Part shown: positions 48,401-56,407 of the stretch, piece after piece
Layout: the number at the start of each line of letters is the position of its first letter
How positions within the stretch are numbered: position 1 is the first letter of the stretch
Made by a program: the position numbers and the translations under genes
Notes under the pieces: generated by a model
Told to the model about the DNA's origin: nothing
Seen by the model: the letters and a program-made list of their open reading frames with translations, nothing else
Databases searched by the model: none
Source: a virus
Lineage: Duplodnaviria; Heunggongvirae; Uroviricota; Caudoviricetes
Reading direction: 5' to 3' (one strand)
IMG/VR virus record: IMGVR_UViG_3300006217_000002
DNA length: 64,000 nucleotides

Positions 48401-51108
48401 AGATCTTTTGTAAACTCATTCAGGTCTACAATGTTAATCACTAATTCATCACTCAATTCACGAAGATCTTTAATACCATTTTTAGAGTAAGTAATAACTA
48501 AGTGATCATCCTTATCAACATGGAATGAAATTAAACCTGTTAGAAGTCCATATTCTTCAAGAAGATTAACAATTTCATCTTTTTTGTCTTTAACATCTTC
48601 CGATACTAAGTTATTGAAATGAACGTTCAAGTATTGCTGAAGAAGATTGACGTTATAATTTCTGACAGGCTTATTCAAATTATAGTCTTCAAGTTCCAAC
48701 TTTTCTATGATCCAGTCAAGATTGAGATTGAATTTGTTTGTTTTATCTGTAATATCGTTCTGGATATCCACAAGAATAGGAACTAATCTTTCAATATTGA
48801 AAGTATTTCTAGGTCGTTTGATTAATCTGTCATCCCATGTCCAATCATCAAGTATATGCAATACATAATCAAAATAAGAAGGAACCCAAGTCTTATCGAG
48901 ATACATTTCATAATTCGTAATTTTCTTATATCCAAGAAACTTAGAATTGATACCCTCATTCATCTTATCTATTGCATCATCAAACGGAAATTCGTAGTTA
49001 GCGCTTTTCAAATACGTAGCAAGACCCATCTTGAAATACGGATCCATTGTATTTAAAAATAACTGATTGAAACGCTGATAAGAATCATTGTCATATACAT
49101 ATTCAATTGATTCCCATCTAGAGTTAGTATTGAACATTCCTCTATATATCGAACGAATCCCCATCCAATAAAATTTTTCCATAAATATGTTTCTATAGAT
49201 TCCCTCTTTGTTGAGCTCGTATCTTTCCATATCATCTGTCCAACTAGGAGTTGCTCTATCAATTTCTACACTTTCCTTTCGTACATTAATAGTATCAGAA
49301 TAAAAGAAAAATGCTTTAAAAATTCTCTTACTAAGTTCTTCTTCATTTTCATCGCTGAGTAAATATACATCAGGAAAGTGGTGCTCAATTTTAAGATCAC
49401 AAGGTCTCCACACTCTCTTATCTTGATCATACTCCATAAAGAAGAAATCAAGTTCGTCAATAGGCCTTGCAAATCTTAATTTATTCCTATATGATTCAAT
49501 ATCTTCCCAAAGAATCTTATTCTCACTCATGCGATTAATTATATTAGAAAGAGAATAGTGATCAGCTAATTCTCTAGGAATATAAATCATAGGAGAAATA
49601 AAATGCCAAAAATCCGTTAAACTTCCTTCTTTAGATCTAAACCAAATACTACGATATCCTTCCGTCCTTATAGTTGGCATAACCTCATTAACAAACTTTT
49701 TGTAGATTTCATTATAGTCATTATCCAGAGGCATTCTGTGATTACTCAAAAATGTATCATGAACATTCTTGATCCTTTCCATGATATTCTCAAGTTTGTC
49801 ACAATACTCGTAGTATCTTTCATCTGTTGTATAATCTTTGATGAAAAATCTGAATTCTTCAATAATATCAGCACCTTTAATAGTTAATTCTCTTAAAGGA
49901 CCAAGTTCCTCTTCAAGAGTATCATATGGATCGTTTGCCATATCATCAAATGCATCAGATAACACTATAGGACGTATCATAGATTTCCATCCATCTTTAT
50001 CTCTATTGATACCTCCATTTAGGTCGATATATACCTGCTTAACGCTATCTTCATTAATATGACTTTTTACTTTCTGAATCCTTTGAGAATAATTTGTTAC
50101 AACAGGAACTAATCGAGGTTGGTATTCTCTATATATTACGTCTACAGGTAAAAGTATAGGATATTCATGGAAGAATTTAGGAACGAAAATACTCATCCAT
50201 AAATACTCAGTGAGCTCTGAATCAATAAGAGCTCTGTTGTAATCACTAATAGTTGACATATCTACATATCCATCTTTAACTGATAAGAATTCGATGTTAT
50301 CTCCCATTACATCAACTGCTATATTCCCATCAGTTCTTATATCACTATCAGATATTTTATTGAATGCAACTACAACTTTATCAAGATTCAGACTTTTATC
50401 ATCAGAAATATAACTTAACGGCATCATATATTTCCACTGATTATTTACGAGCTCCCTGCTCACTTTGACTCTACACTGAAAGTTTGTATCGAATTTATAA
50501 ATATAGATAGGATAGTTTCTATCTTCACGAGTCCAAAAATCTTCGTATCTGAAACGAACCGTAGTTTCATGGTCATCTATTCTAATTTCATAATCTGAGT
50601 AAATCCTCTTATTTACAAATAACAAACATGTCCATTTGAATACTCTCCAGTTATTCATAATATCTGTAATAGATATCCATTTTCTATAGAATTGAGATAG
50701 CTTGAATATATCTCTTTCATTAGGGAAAATAAAAGATTCTGTAGGTAATACAATCTGGCATTTGTTTGTATTTGCAATTATTTCAACATTATTCATAGTA
50801 CCATGCCATTTGAAAAAGTGAACATTATCATGGTTATTAGCCTTGAGTTTATGAGAACTATTGATGTAGATATCTTTTAATGTTTCTCTAAGAGCTTTTT
50901 CATTAAAAGAATTATTTAATACTGCATCAGAATGAAAAACCGATGATTTACTTCCATCACTATCAGGAAGATTAAAACCCATTTTGATAATTTCGTCTTG
51001 ATTGAATAATTGATCAGCTGTACTAACGAACTTATCAAACGCTTGTTGATACCATAATGGATCAAATGGACTCCAAAGACCTTCGTACATATTATCTCTC
51101 ATGACCAC
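42412..51108 (-). CDS. Giant (2898 aa) virion structural protein, tail/baseplate type
   Basis: Repeated GxG(Y/F)xxG(D/Q/E) modules (NGKGYKVGD, PGAGYAVGQ, AGDGFVDG) typical of tail proteins; central helical region. Confidence 0.65.
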   Translation of the reverse strand: MVMRDNMYEGLWSPFDPLWYQQAFDKFVSTADQLFNQDEIIKMGFNLPDSDGSKSSVFHSDAVLNNSFNEKALRETLKDIYINSSHKLKANNHDNVHFFKWHGTMNNVEIIANTNKCQIVLPTESFIFPNERDIFKLSQFYRKWISITDIMNNWRVFKWTCLLFVNKRIYSDYEIRIDDHETTVRFRYEDFWTREDRNYPIYIYKFDTNFQCRVKVSRELVNNQWKYMMPLSYISDDKSLNLDKVVVAFNKISDSDIRTDGNIAVDVMGDNIEFLSVKDGYVDMSTISDYNRALIDSELTEYLWMSIFVPKFFHEYPILLPVDVIYREYQPRLVPVVTNYSQRIQKVKSHINEDSVKQVYIDLNGGINRDKDGWKSMIRPIVLSDAFDDMANDPYDTLEEELGPLRELTIKGADIIEEFRFFIKDYTTDERYYEYCDKLENIMERIKNVHDTFLSNHRMPLDNDYNEIYKKFVNEVMPTIRTEGYRSIWFRSKEGSLTDFWHFISPMIYIPRELADHYSLSNIINRMSENKILWEDIESYRNKLRFARPIDELDFFFMEYDQDKRVWRPCDLKIEHHFPDVYLLSDENEEELSKRIFKAFFFYSDTINVRKESVEIDRATPSWTDDMERYELNKEGIYRNIFMEKFYWMGIRSIYRGMFNTNSRWESIEYVYDNDSYQRFNQLFLNTMDPYFKMGLATYLKSANYEFPFDDAIDKMNEGINSKFLGYKKITNYEMYLDKTWVPSYFDYVLHILDDWTWDDRLIKRPRNTFNIERLVPILVDIQNDITDKTNKFNLNLDWIIEKLELEDYNLNKPVRNYNVNLLQQYLNVHFNNLVSEDVKDKKDEIVNLLEEYGLLTGLISFHVDKDDHLVITYSKNGIKDLRELSDELVINIVDLNEFTKDLDLEIYSIEDINEIIKALLNHNDLMERIKRLMSMVYNDAMMKMCYPEKMKLHEELSYIVNTLLERHINKISEMIQSFDMPGFMRATNDLRSYNDYDKKNPDDMSLLGYINSFGSNSWPDEVKEIRNRLFTSTVVLYGNFIPSKSYNEKEVAEFVEQVNTVKKDVLDLREVINKYWQAGGKEDQTLIDRLDHTEYLIEQLYASVDNYMAARNDMLNDFDKIRNILAEMKEYNISDTEITYADAIESSLAGILEALSYIAGTNNKDSAMESLSGANRGCNDWLSYLYMEKTVFDRIIEVTKLPNDFLNLMDKYSELLDAVIEYMNTVNEPFTPDPSLPTYSDIYQIDEIEMVSGGFMNKLGEVIFVPGLGSYRITEVDENIGKVTAISELGYRNTTFRDPCIQKSVYDSVTNGTGLGITFHATKSTHTKVINDEIISRFIIRINGSIYRIKRNLSMINPYNNREMQLIIDDIREINNEWNDLLSFYSEYMSDIKDDVSDVIESLNFIIDDLEGFIETRMDIDIGTLLNSIENLTIESYKFFRENNLLTGNYFYYDDQVRISYNNLCTFYSNGSNWTNAEELVDLLKNAKSKIKSFYKNILRRSKSEELISKYESIISIIDDTINIIKTLPDEGESICLSVKDIEDKMIQFPAEMYKDTWFRIRNTTIAENGKGYKVGDIFEIIPELPHDQFGNPIKDDEDIIFNDIILYQVTQVSEDGGVLKVNPLMNYALPYSIHGTREMSTRVGEGTGCILNIATEEISMKNSSMFFDETSDKILPPQFNENDLFMFKFENIHDLDLGYEVFYDGKQIRDFVIRHVTSDDPLHPSNIDIIYLKANDVMELKNSSIFKDGEHYFIYKLDKADVVEPGAGYAVGQSIYVDTGNAAVKVRIDKLDDTPFKGIAKIDLSSSNALFKSTNPSSSYARVATDSLNNIDDEYNVGYYDQIPPDGIEKPSTLSYDGEIYNFTSRRFDDLEDGDRNKTFMYTDVEMPEGGAETGDPDSHWYLGSRVDNSQVPMKDKHRWNGVMNLIPPTHPFIPDDRRLPTKLPVTGEYQRISQLRLHDSSDDVTSREISPISASSIEEIIKFIDDDIKLRENPPLIIEGKTLERIPDENVSGIVSGNKEAVPSGIMETSEAIIEPIEAGNVSDIMNGLLLPTAAPTGLFYDNEIISNDVTAIFDFTLRNTAMEKPDLTVATYNDIPKHINDWLEAKIGKTVVVECDETNNGHRMMYRLRSFVAAGYFVFDTPEIADMKWASFDVDWMNCDFYPDIPTNHAQYPEAPWRTSKTFIAIQRSINDKRVLHDVEPKMNHTTYIHDLKLKDLSVFNFTTKKWEDLYDYDRWKLDIYEDEENKHWGFKLTLMEEGAFTYDMILYLNKVPETQVRNAALKKNAVLDIESSLYKEINTKPLNISINTGRHLRIRKLFPYEQRETFVIGHDDDGTSLGYEMNFKIANYMHFKNEIHLEDVKIYNRNAGRFENLLDTRLFEVRFKSDEYVQRGFETQTKIIKSLISNAGDGFVDGNVWCWNAEYGIHVFAQVTTNPINGGSLSSFIPLHCPNPPKEDISLEFLVYQNESQSARQVGKVMMEFHTECVEVFGDGYIHNVTNRFAPLPKEFKIICKYNLTTRGTYDVIISKSPKQWTFVEPRWIMSPTFTLKDVNIQADRLYAVTDRGRFPIINPSTNKPTLNVVENETGTDVTFLNLYKKYEHFEVHAVPYPMKSVYVQRRISSSGFIDLKGKLNKPLSKKYFEFWLNGRLLDDEVTIITPTKLFLHGLKSLRNFEIVEINRDPNEYFSDNFLGVEQSGNKNRANWDFNTYLDDALEGTLKGDNYTEEEQEYLLTPVWKQVERDHPEYKNYPPNVDVEEDILQRVEEEDYPLEELEMPVYQYIIIDTPTLEGKPIADRNMTFEHFGFTPLTNSDIVNLLNEEWSDEISKGKVPTHTIISDDVWYGMATRLYDEFGIRVHNLDEAAYNVTDVNLLKIDSDNRLSRIVRNPVVYDLD

Positions 51109-51205
51109 TCATCCTCCTTTAATTTTAAATAAATGCTTTAATACTGCGTTGAACATTTCACCAACCTCTAAATATATTACAGAATTTGTCATAGGAGGTA
51201 TTATT

Positions 51206-52348
51206 ATGAATACAGATATTGAAGCTATCAAAAAGTTACAACAAGATGTTTTTGAATTAAAAGAAAGAGATGATGAACTCTCGAAATTATTAGAAGGATT
51301 GAAGATTGATAAACAGTTATACTTGAGAGCAAATGAAAAAATTAAACCTGGAATAGGATGTAAAGTCGCTTATGATGAAAACGGTCTAATATTATCTCAA
51401 GAAGAACTTGATGAATCTGATATTCCTAAGTTAAGTATTGATAAAATTGAAGGGCTCAGAGATGCTTTATTTGATAAAGCTAGTCGTAAAGATCTGAGAA
51501 ATATCTCTGTTAATTTGGAAGAAATTTTTCAAGCTAGAGATATTGCAGGTACTGGATGTAAAGTTAATTATGATAGATATGGAGTAATTCAATCTGTCAC
51601 TGACCTTACGAGAGAAGACATTCCTAAATTATCATTAGATCATATCGAAGGATTAAGTGAAATATTAGAAAGTATTAGATCGTCTATTCCTAAAAATATT
51701 AGAGTAGATGATCATAAAGTTATTAATCCTGGATCAGGTACAAAAGTAACATATGATGAGCATGGTCATATAACTGGATCTTCTAATATTAATATGAATG
51801 ATATTCCTATGGAGATCATTACTAAGTTAAACGAGTTAGAAAGTTTAATTCCTTCTTTAGCTTCTTCTAAAACACTTGAAGCTATTAACAAGACTTTGAG
51901 TAAAAAAGCAGATAAAGATGGAAATGTAGAGCCTGGAACATATACCAAGGTAACTGTTAATAGAAATGGAATAGTTACTAGAGCTTCAGAAATGACTGTT
52001 AACGATCTTCCAGAAATATCCGTTGAAGATATTAAAGGTTTATATGAAGCTCTTAAAAGTAAAGCTGAACATTCCACTGTAATTGAATTAATGAATTCAG
52101 TATCTATTCTTATGGGATATATGAATAAGATAGGTGATCTAACTTCTATAAAAAATAAAGTGGATAAAATGGTTACGGAAAATACTATTACTGGCATGAT
52201 GTCAGATATGAATGAATTAAGAAGAGCTATATCAAGTATTAATAGTACTGATATTAGTATGGTAATGAGAGAAGTGGAATCTTTAAGAAAAGATTTAAGT
52301 GATATTTCAGGAAGAATTACAGTAATCGAACAGAAACTGCAAAACTGA
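51206..52348 (+). CDS. Tail-fibre-like protein with four G-x-KV-x-(Y/V)-(D/N)-xx-G...D(I/L)P repeats
   Basis: Start MNTDIE by AGGAGG RBS; repeats at about 51338-52042; coiled-coil ends. Confidence 0.7.
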   Translation: MNTDIEAIKKLQQDVFELKERDDELSKLLEGLKIDKQLYLRANEKIKPGIGCKVAYDENGLILSQEELDESDIPKLSIDKIEGLRDALFDKASRKDLRNISVNLEEIFQARDIAGTGCKVNYDRYGVIQSVTDLTREDIPKLSLDHIEGLSEILESIRSSIPKNIRVDDHKVINPGSGTKVTYDEHGHITGSSNINMNDIPMEIITKLNELESLIPSLASSKTLEAINKTLSKKADKDGNVEPGTYTKVTVNRNGIVTRASEMTVNDLPEISVEDIKGLYEALKSKAEHSTVIELMNSVSILMGYMNKIGDLTSIKNKVDKMVTENTITGMMSDMNELRRAISSINSTDISMVMREVESLRKDLSDISGRITVIEQKLQN

Positions 52349-52365
52349 AAATTATCCCATAGCAA

Positions 52366-52450
52366 ATTACATGTATAGACACAGATAGTACATGAACGAT
52401 TGATTTATCAATCAAGCATGTATAGACAATTACATGTCTATACATGTAAT
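52366..52450. repeat. Nested inverted/direct repeat element (CATGTATAGACA x3)
   Basis: 16-bp perfect IR at 52366-52381/52435-52450, internal direct copy at 52417-52428, GATTGAT-TT-ATCAATC palindrome. Confidence 0.85.
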
Positions 52451-52505
52451 ATATCATTGAAAAAATTACTTCTTGTCATACCTGCAAATTATACGTAAAT
52501 AAAGT

Positions 52506-52550
52506 TATTATTAATGAAGAATGGGGCTGCCCCATTCTTCATTAATAATA
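52506..52550. terminator. 21-bp-arm perfect hairpin, likely terminator
   Basis: TATTATTAATGAAGAATGGGG-CTG-CCCCATTCTTCATTAATAATA. Confidence 0.8.
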
Positions 52551-52673
52551 TTCGACCGTCCGTATCAGTAATGCAAAGACTAAAGAAAAAATCTTTGGTA
52601 AAGGAAATTACAAGAAATACGGTCAGTCCTCAATTCAGGCAGATGCTCTGTTCAATGGCAGTACAAAACTGAT

Positions 52674-53975
52674 TTATTTTACATACTTCTTGATGAATTC
52701 GTTAGCTTCCATTTTCAAGAAGACAACATCAAACTGAAGATCTGCGATCGTTATTTCTTTCTTTTTAAGCTTGATATCTGTAGGAAGCTCTACTCCATAG
52801 AAATCCCATGTGTATTTTCTGAATACTTCTGGTGTTACGTAAGAGATATATAATTGAAGATCAATTCTACCAGGACGAAGTATTACGGGAGAAAACTTTT
52901 CAATGTGATTTGTTGTCATTACAATGATTTTATCTTCTCCAGACATAATTCCATCAAGAGCATTAATCATATTTCCAAATATTTGCTTGTACGCCATTGT
53001 ATCCTCTTTAGCACCATCTTTATCTTTCTCAATATCAATTTCCGGTTCATTAATTAAGAACGGATATTTATCAATATCAGAGATCGAGAATAACGGATAA
53101 TTGACATCATCACTACTTGAAATAATTGCATCCGGAATGAACCTACCATTTTTACCACCTTTGCATTCATAAAGATTTCTATTCCATTCAGATGCGATCA
53201 TCTTTACAATTGATGACTTTCCTGTTCCAGGCTCTCCATAAAGAAGAATCTTGAGGTTGTGTGGAATCCCGTGTTCGATATAGTATTTCCTTTGCGCAAA
53301 GAATTGATTAATGGTGTTAACGAGCTTCTTTTTCTGCTCACTTGGAAGATAGATCGTACTAATGGGTCTTTTATTGACATGCTGTGTTAATTCCCAATAA
53401 GTGTATCCGTCTGATTCATGCAAATCTTGATATACATTTATGGTTGGGGAATCAGACTTGATCTTTAATAGAGCATTCCTGTGAGCTACCATATCCTTCT
53501 CAAATGACTTGACAAATTCAGGACTCAAATCATATGTGATAATAGTATAGATTCTCTGTTTAGATATTCTTGAAGGAGCTGTAGGAGTTGATGTTTGAAT
53601 ACATAAAAGAATATCCCAGTTTTTATACTTGAGATTATGAGTACCATCATCAAGAGTTACATACATACCTTGGCCAAATCCCATTCCTTTTTTGTTAGTA
53701 AGCTCTAATCTGCTACTCTTTTTGATATTATTGTATTCATATAATACTCCGTATAATGCTTCTTCCATCCATGAGTCAGCATAATTTGCTCCTACAGTAA
53801 ATGTGATAGATCGTTGAAACTTCCCTCTTACCGATCTTACGATAAAAGATCCAATCGTAGTAGTGACATCAATTAGATTTTGATCTACCAGTTCATTTAT
53901 CGGATTGAGAACTGTCTTTACTGCTTTATTTTTTGCACCTTGTACAATTCCTTTTCCTATTTTTGATAAATCCAT
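52674..53975 (-). CDS. BCS1-like AAA+ ATPase
   Basis: ILLYGEPGTGKSS, SDID, NALDG, MTTNH...LRPGRID, N-terminal BCS1_N-like region. Confidence 0.8.
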   Translation of the reverse strand: MDLSKIGKGIVQGAKNKAVKTVLNPINELVDQNLIDVTTTIGSFIVRSVRGKFQRSITFTVGANYADSWMEEALYGVLYEYNNIKKSSRLELTNKKGMGFGQGMYVTLDDGTHNLKYKNWDILLCIQTSTPTAPSRISKQRIYTIITYDLSPEFVKSFEKDMVAHRNALLKIKSDSPTINVYQDLHESDGYTYWELTQHVNKRPISTIYLPSEQKKKLVNTINQFFAQRKYYIEHGIPHNLKILLYGEPGTGKSSIVKMIASEWNRNLYECKGGKNGRFIPDAIISSSDDVNYPLFSISDIDKYPFLINEPEIDIEKDKDGAKEDTMAYKQIFGNMINALDGIMSGEDKIIVMTTNHIEKFSPVILRPGRIDLQLYISYVTPEVFRKYTWDFYGVELPTDIKLKKKEITIADLQFDVVFLKMEANEFIKKYVK

Positions 53976-54013
53976 TAAACAAATCCACCTTTCTTTTATT
54001 TATTAGGAATATA

Positions 54014-54060
54014 GTAGGGACAAGGTGGGAAATTAATCCCACCCAGTCCCATCCTATTAT
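54014..54060. terminator. Bulged GC hairpin after the tubulin gene
   Basis: GGGAC-AA-GGTGGGA-AATTAA-TCCCACC-CA-GTCCC. Confidence 0.6.
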
Positions 54061-54064
54061 TTCC

Positions 54065-55237
54065 CTACTTCATAAATTTCTTGAAGATCTCAGAAGGATT
54101 TACCTCAGACTGCTGACGTGCTTTCTTATCCGCTTTCTTGCGTTCAGCCATTACATCATATGATGCTCCTTCTCCGGATAAGATATAATTCGAAGATTCA
54201 TCTTTAGCAAGTGCCGCCTTGAGTTCATCGATACGATCTGTGATCTTCTTTACTCTATCATTTATTGGAGATAATCCAGATGCAATCATATAGAGGAAGT
54301 TCAGAGCTTCAGAACCATCATTAATTGCATTATGGTTAAATCTTTCCACCGGTGTGCCGATGAAATCGTTTAATCCTTCAAGCTCAGGAGAATATAATCT
54401 ATTAACCTGATCAGTGAAGTAAGTGATGATGCCCCATCTTACTACTTTCTTGTTTCTGTCTGTCTCTGTATGTGCTGACTTCTTGATAGCTTTGATGATG
54501 ATGTCATCAAGTTTGCTGTCTTCCATTGCTTTCTCTGTAAGCTGCTTGTTAATACGTACCACGAGAAGTCTGCCTGGAGTAGTGATGATGGATTCCATAT
54601 CAGCTTCATCGATCGATTCATAAGGAGTAGGATAATTATCAACACCTGTAAGAATCTTCAGATCTTCAACGATATTCTTATTTACTTCCTCAAGAGCTCT
54701 TGTAGGAGGCAGATCTGATGTCGCTTCATTATCATAGATCATGTAGGTTGTATCAGACCCAAGTACATCATAAAGCTCATTTAAGAATTCAAGCGCATTT
54801 CCCTGTTCCATAAGAGATGCATTGAGTTGAGGTAATACTCCAATGAGAATAAAGTTTGTATCAGGGAATAACTGTCTCATGATTTCCATCAATACAGGTG
54901 CAGCTCCAGAACCTGTCCCCCCCGCTGCCGATGTTACTACGAAACAATATTTCTTTTCTACAATACATTCCTGAAGATTTGCATCAGCCAGAATCGTATT
55001 GATGTCTGCCATGAGATACTCTTTCATCTTAGTACGATTCTTTCCAGAACCCTCGATTTCATCCCTGTTGCCGATCTTGAACTTTAAGTTGTCATGCTCT
55101 GTCTTTACCATTGCAAGATCTGCTTCAGAACTGTTTACGTAGATTGTGTCGAATAGCTCAGGATATGTCTTTTCTGCAAGATATGCTACCTGAGAGCCAC
55201 AGTTTCCAATACCAATAATTGCCGCTTGTTTGTTCAT
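54065..55237 (-). CDS. Tubulin/FtsZ-family GTPase (PhuZ/TubZ-like)
   Basis: IIGIGNCGSQ, AAGGTGSG signature, GVLP, YDNE; helical C-terminal tail. Confidence 0.9.
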   Translation of the reverse strand: MNKQAAIIGIGNCGSQVAYLAEKTYPELFDTIYVNSSEADLAMVKTEHDNLKFKIGNRDEIEGSGKNRTKMKEYLMADINTILADANLQECIVEKKYCFVVTSAAGGTGSGAAPVLMEIMRQLFPDTNFILIGVLPQLNASLMEQGNALEFLNELYDVLGSDTTYMIYDNEATSDLPPTRALEEVNKNIVEDLKILTGVDNYPTPYESIDEADMESIITTPGRLLVVRINKQLTEKAMEDSKLDDIIIKAIKKSAHTETDRNKKVVRWGIITYFTDQVNRLYSPELEGLNDFIGTPVERFNHNAINDGSEALNFLYMIASGLSPINDRVKKITDRIDELKAALAKDESSNYILSGEGASYDVMAERKKADKKARQQSEVNPSEIFKKFMK

Positions 55238-55342
55238 TTTTAATTGTCCTCCTTTATTTGAGTGGATAAATATTTTTAATACCCTTGACGCTTATCATAT
55301 AACGTTTAGAATATGTAGAATCAATAGGTATTTGTTACTATA

Positions 55343-55372
55343 ATAATATATAAATAAAAAAGTATATATTAT
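55343..55372. promoter_or_regulatory. Divergent pair of exact TATATATTAT motifs
   Basis: Minus copy at 55343-55352 toward tubulin, plus copy at 55363-55372 toward primase. Confidence 0.65.
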
Positions 55373-55408
55373 AAGTTTATATAATAAATAGTAGCGTTTT
55401 ACACGGAG

Positions 55409-56392
55409 GTGCGATTATATATGGATAATGATGTTAAACAAAACATACTCCATGAGATAGAACTCAAAGGAGAGATGTTTAGAAAGATATCTCCTATACA
55501 GTATAGAATTAGATGCCCAATATGCGGAGATAGTCAAAAAGATCTACGTGATGCTCATTGTTATATTAAATGCTCATTTGACCCAACTGAACCTATACAA
55601 TACAATTGTTTTCTATGTAATAGTAATGGTAGAGTAGGAAAATATTTCCTGGAGAAGCTAGGTATTAATAAGAATTTAATAAGTAAAGTTGAGAGCGAAA
55701 AATATAATAAATTAATGACTTATAAGGAAGGAAAAGAAATATTAGATACTCCTCCAATCATGAATTCTCCTCAGGTTCGTTATATAGATGGACGTTTAGG
55801 ACCTGGATTTACAGAGAAAGATTATGAGAAGTTTAAAATAATCTGGGATCTTAACGCTATATGTGAATATATAACAAGTATTAGAGTAAGAAATACAATG
55901 CCCAGTAATTTTGATACAATATCTTTCTTATCAGATGATCACAGTTTAATGTTAACAAGAACATTCTTAGAGGGTAAAGAATCACAATGGATGAAAAGAA
56001 GAATATATCCGTCTTCTAATAAAGCTTTCTATACTATTAAGTCTACTCTAAATTTATTTACTGAAGATAAGATAGTTGTAAATATAGCTGAAGGAATATT
56101 AGATATACTTTCAGTTTATAAGAATTTTAATGATTGTGAAAATTCTGTATTCATAGCACTTCTTGGATCAGATTATGTAGCTGGGGTAGATTATGCTATA
56201 GCTAAAGGTTTTCTATGTTCCAATGTGGAATTAAGGATCTATATGGATACTGGAAAAGATGAGAAACTTTTAAAGAAACAATTGAAATATTACAAGTGGA
56301 TTTTTGGATCTATAAAGATCTATAAAAATATAGCATGGAAAGATGTTGGGGTGAGAATTGATAAGATAAATTTAATTGAATATAAAGTCTAG
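55409..56392 (+). CDS. DNA primase-like protein (Zn finger plus TOPRIM)
   Basis: CPICGDS...CFLC, IAEGILD, IYMD. Confidence 0.75.
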   Translation: MRLYMDNDVKQNILHEIELKGEMFRKISPIQYRIRCPICGDSQKDLRDAHCYIKCSFDPTEPIQYNCFLCNSNGRVGKYFLEKLGINKNLISKVESEKYNKLMTYKEGKEILDTPPIMNSPQVRYIDGRLGPGFTEKDYEKFKIIWDLNAICEYITSIRVRNTMPSNFDTISFLSDDHSLMLTRTFLEGKESQWMKRRIYPSSNKAFYTIKSTLNLFTEDKIVVNIAEGILDILSVYKNFNDCENSVFIALLGSDYVAGVDYAIAKGFLCSNVELRIYMDTGKDEKLLKKQLKYYKWIFGSIKIYKNIAWKDVGVRIDKINLIEYKV

Positions 56393-56407
56393 GAGGTATA
56401 ATGATAC

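Noticed and set aside
51766-52365. 199-aa minus-strand ORF
   Set aside because: Antisense shadow of the tail-fibre-like gene; no RBS; composition mirrors the sense codons
55285-55312. Sigma-A-like promoter TTGACG-16-TAGAAT
   Set aside because: Single instance with suboptimal spacing in very AT-rich DNA; not distinguishable from chance
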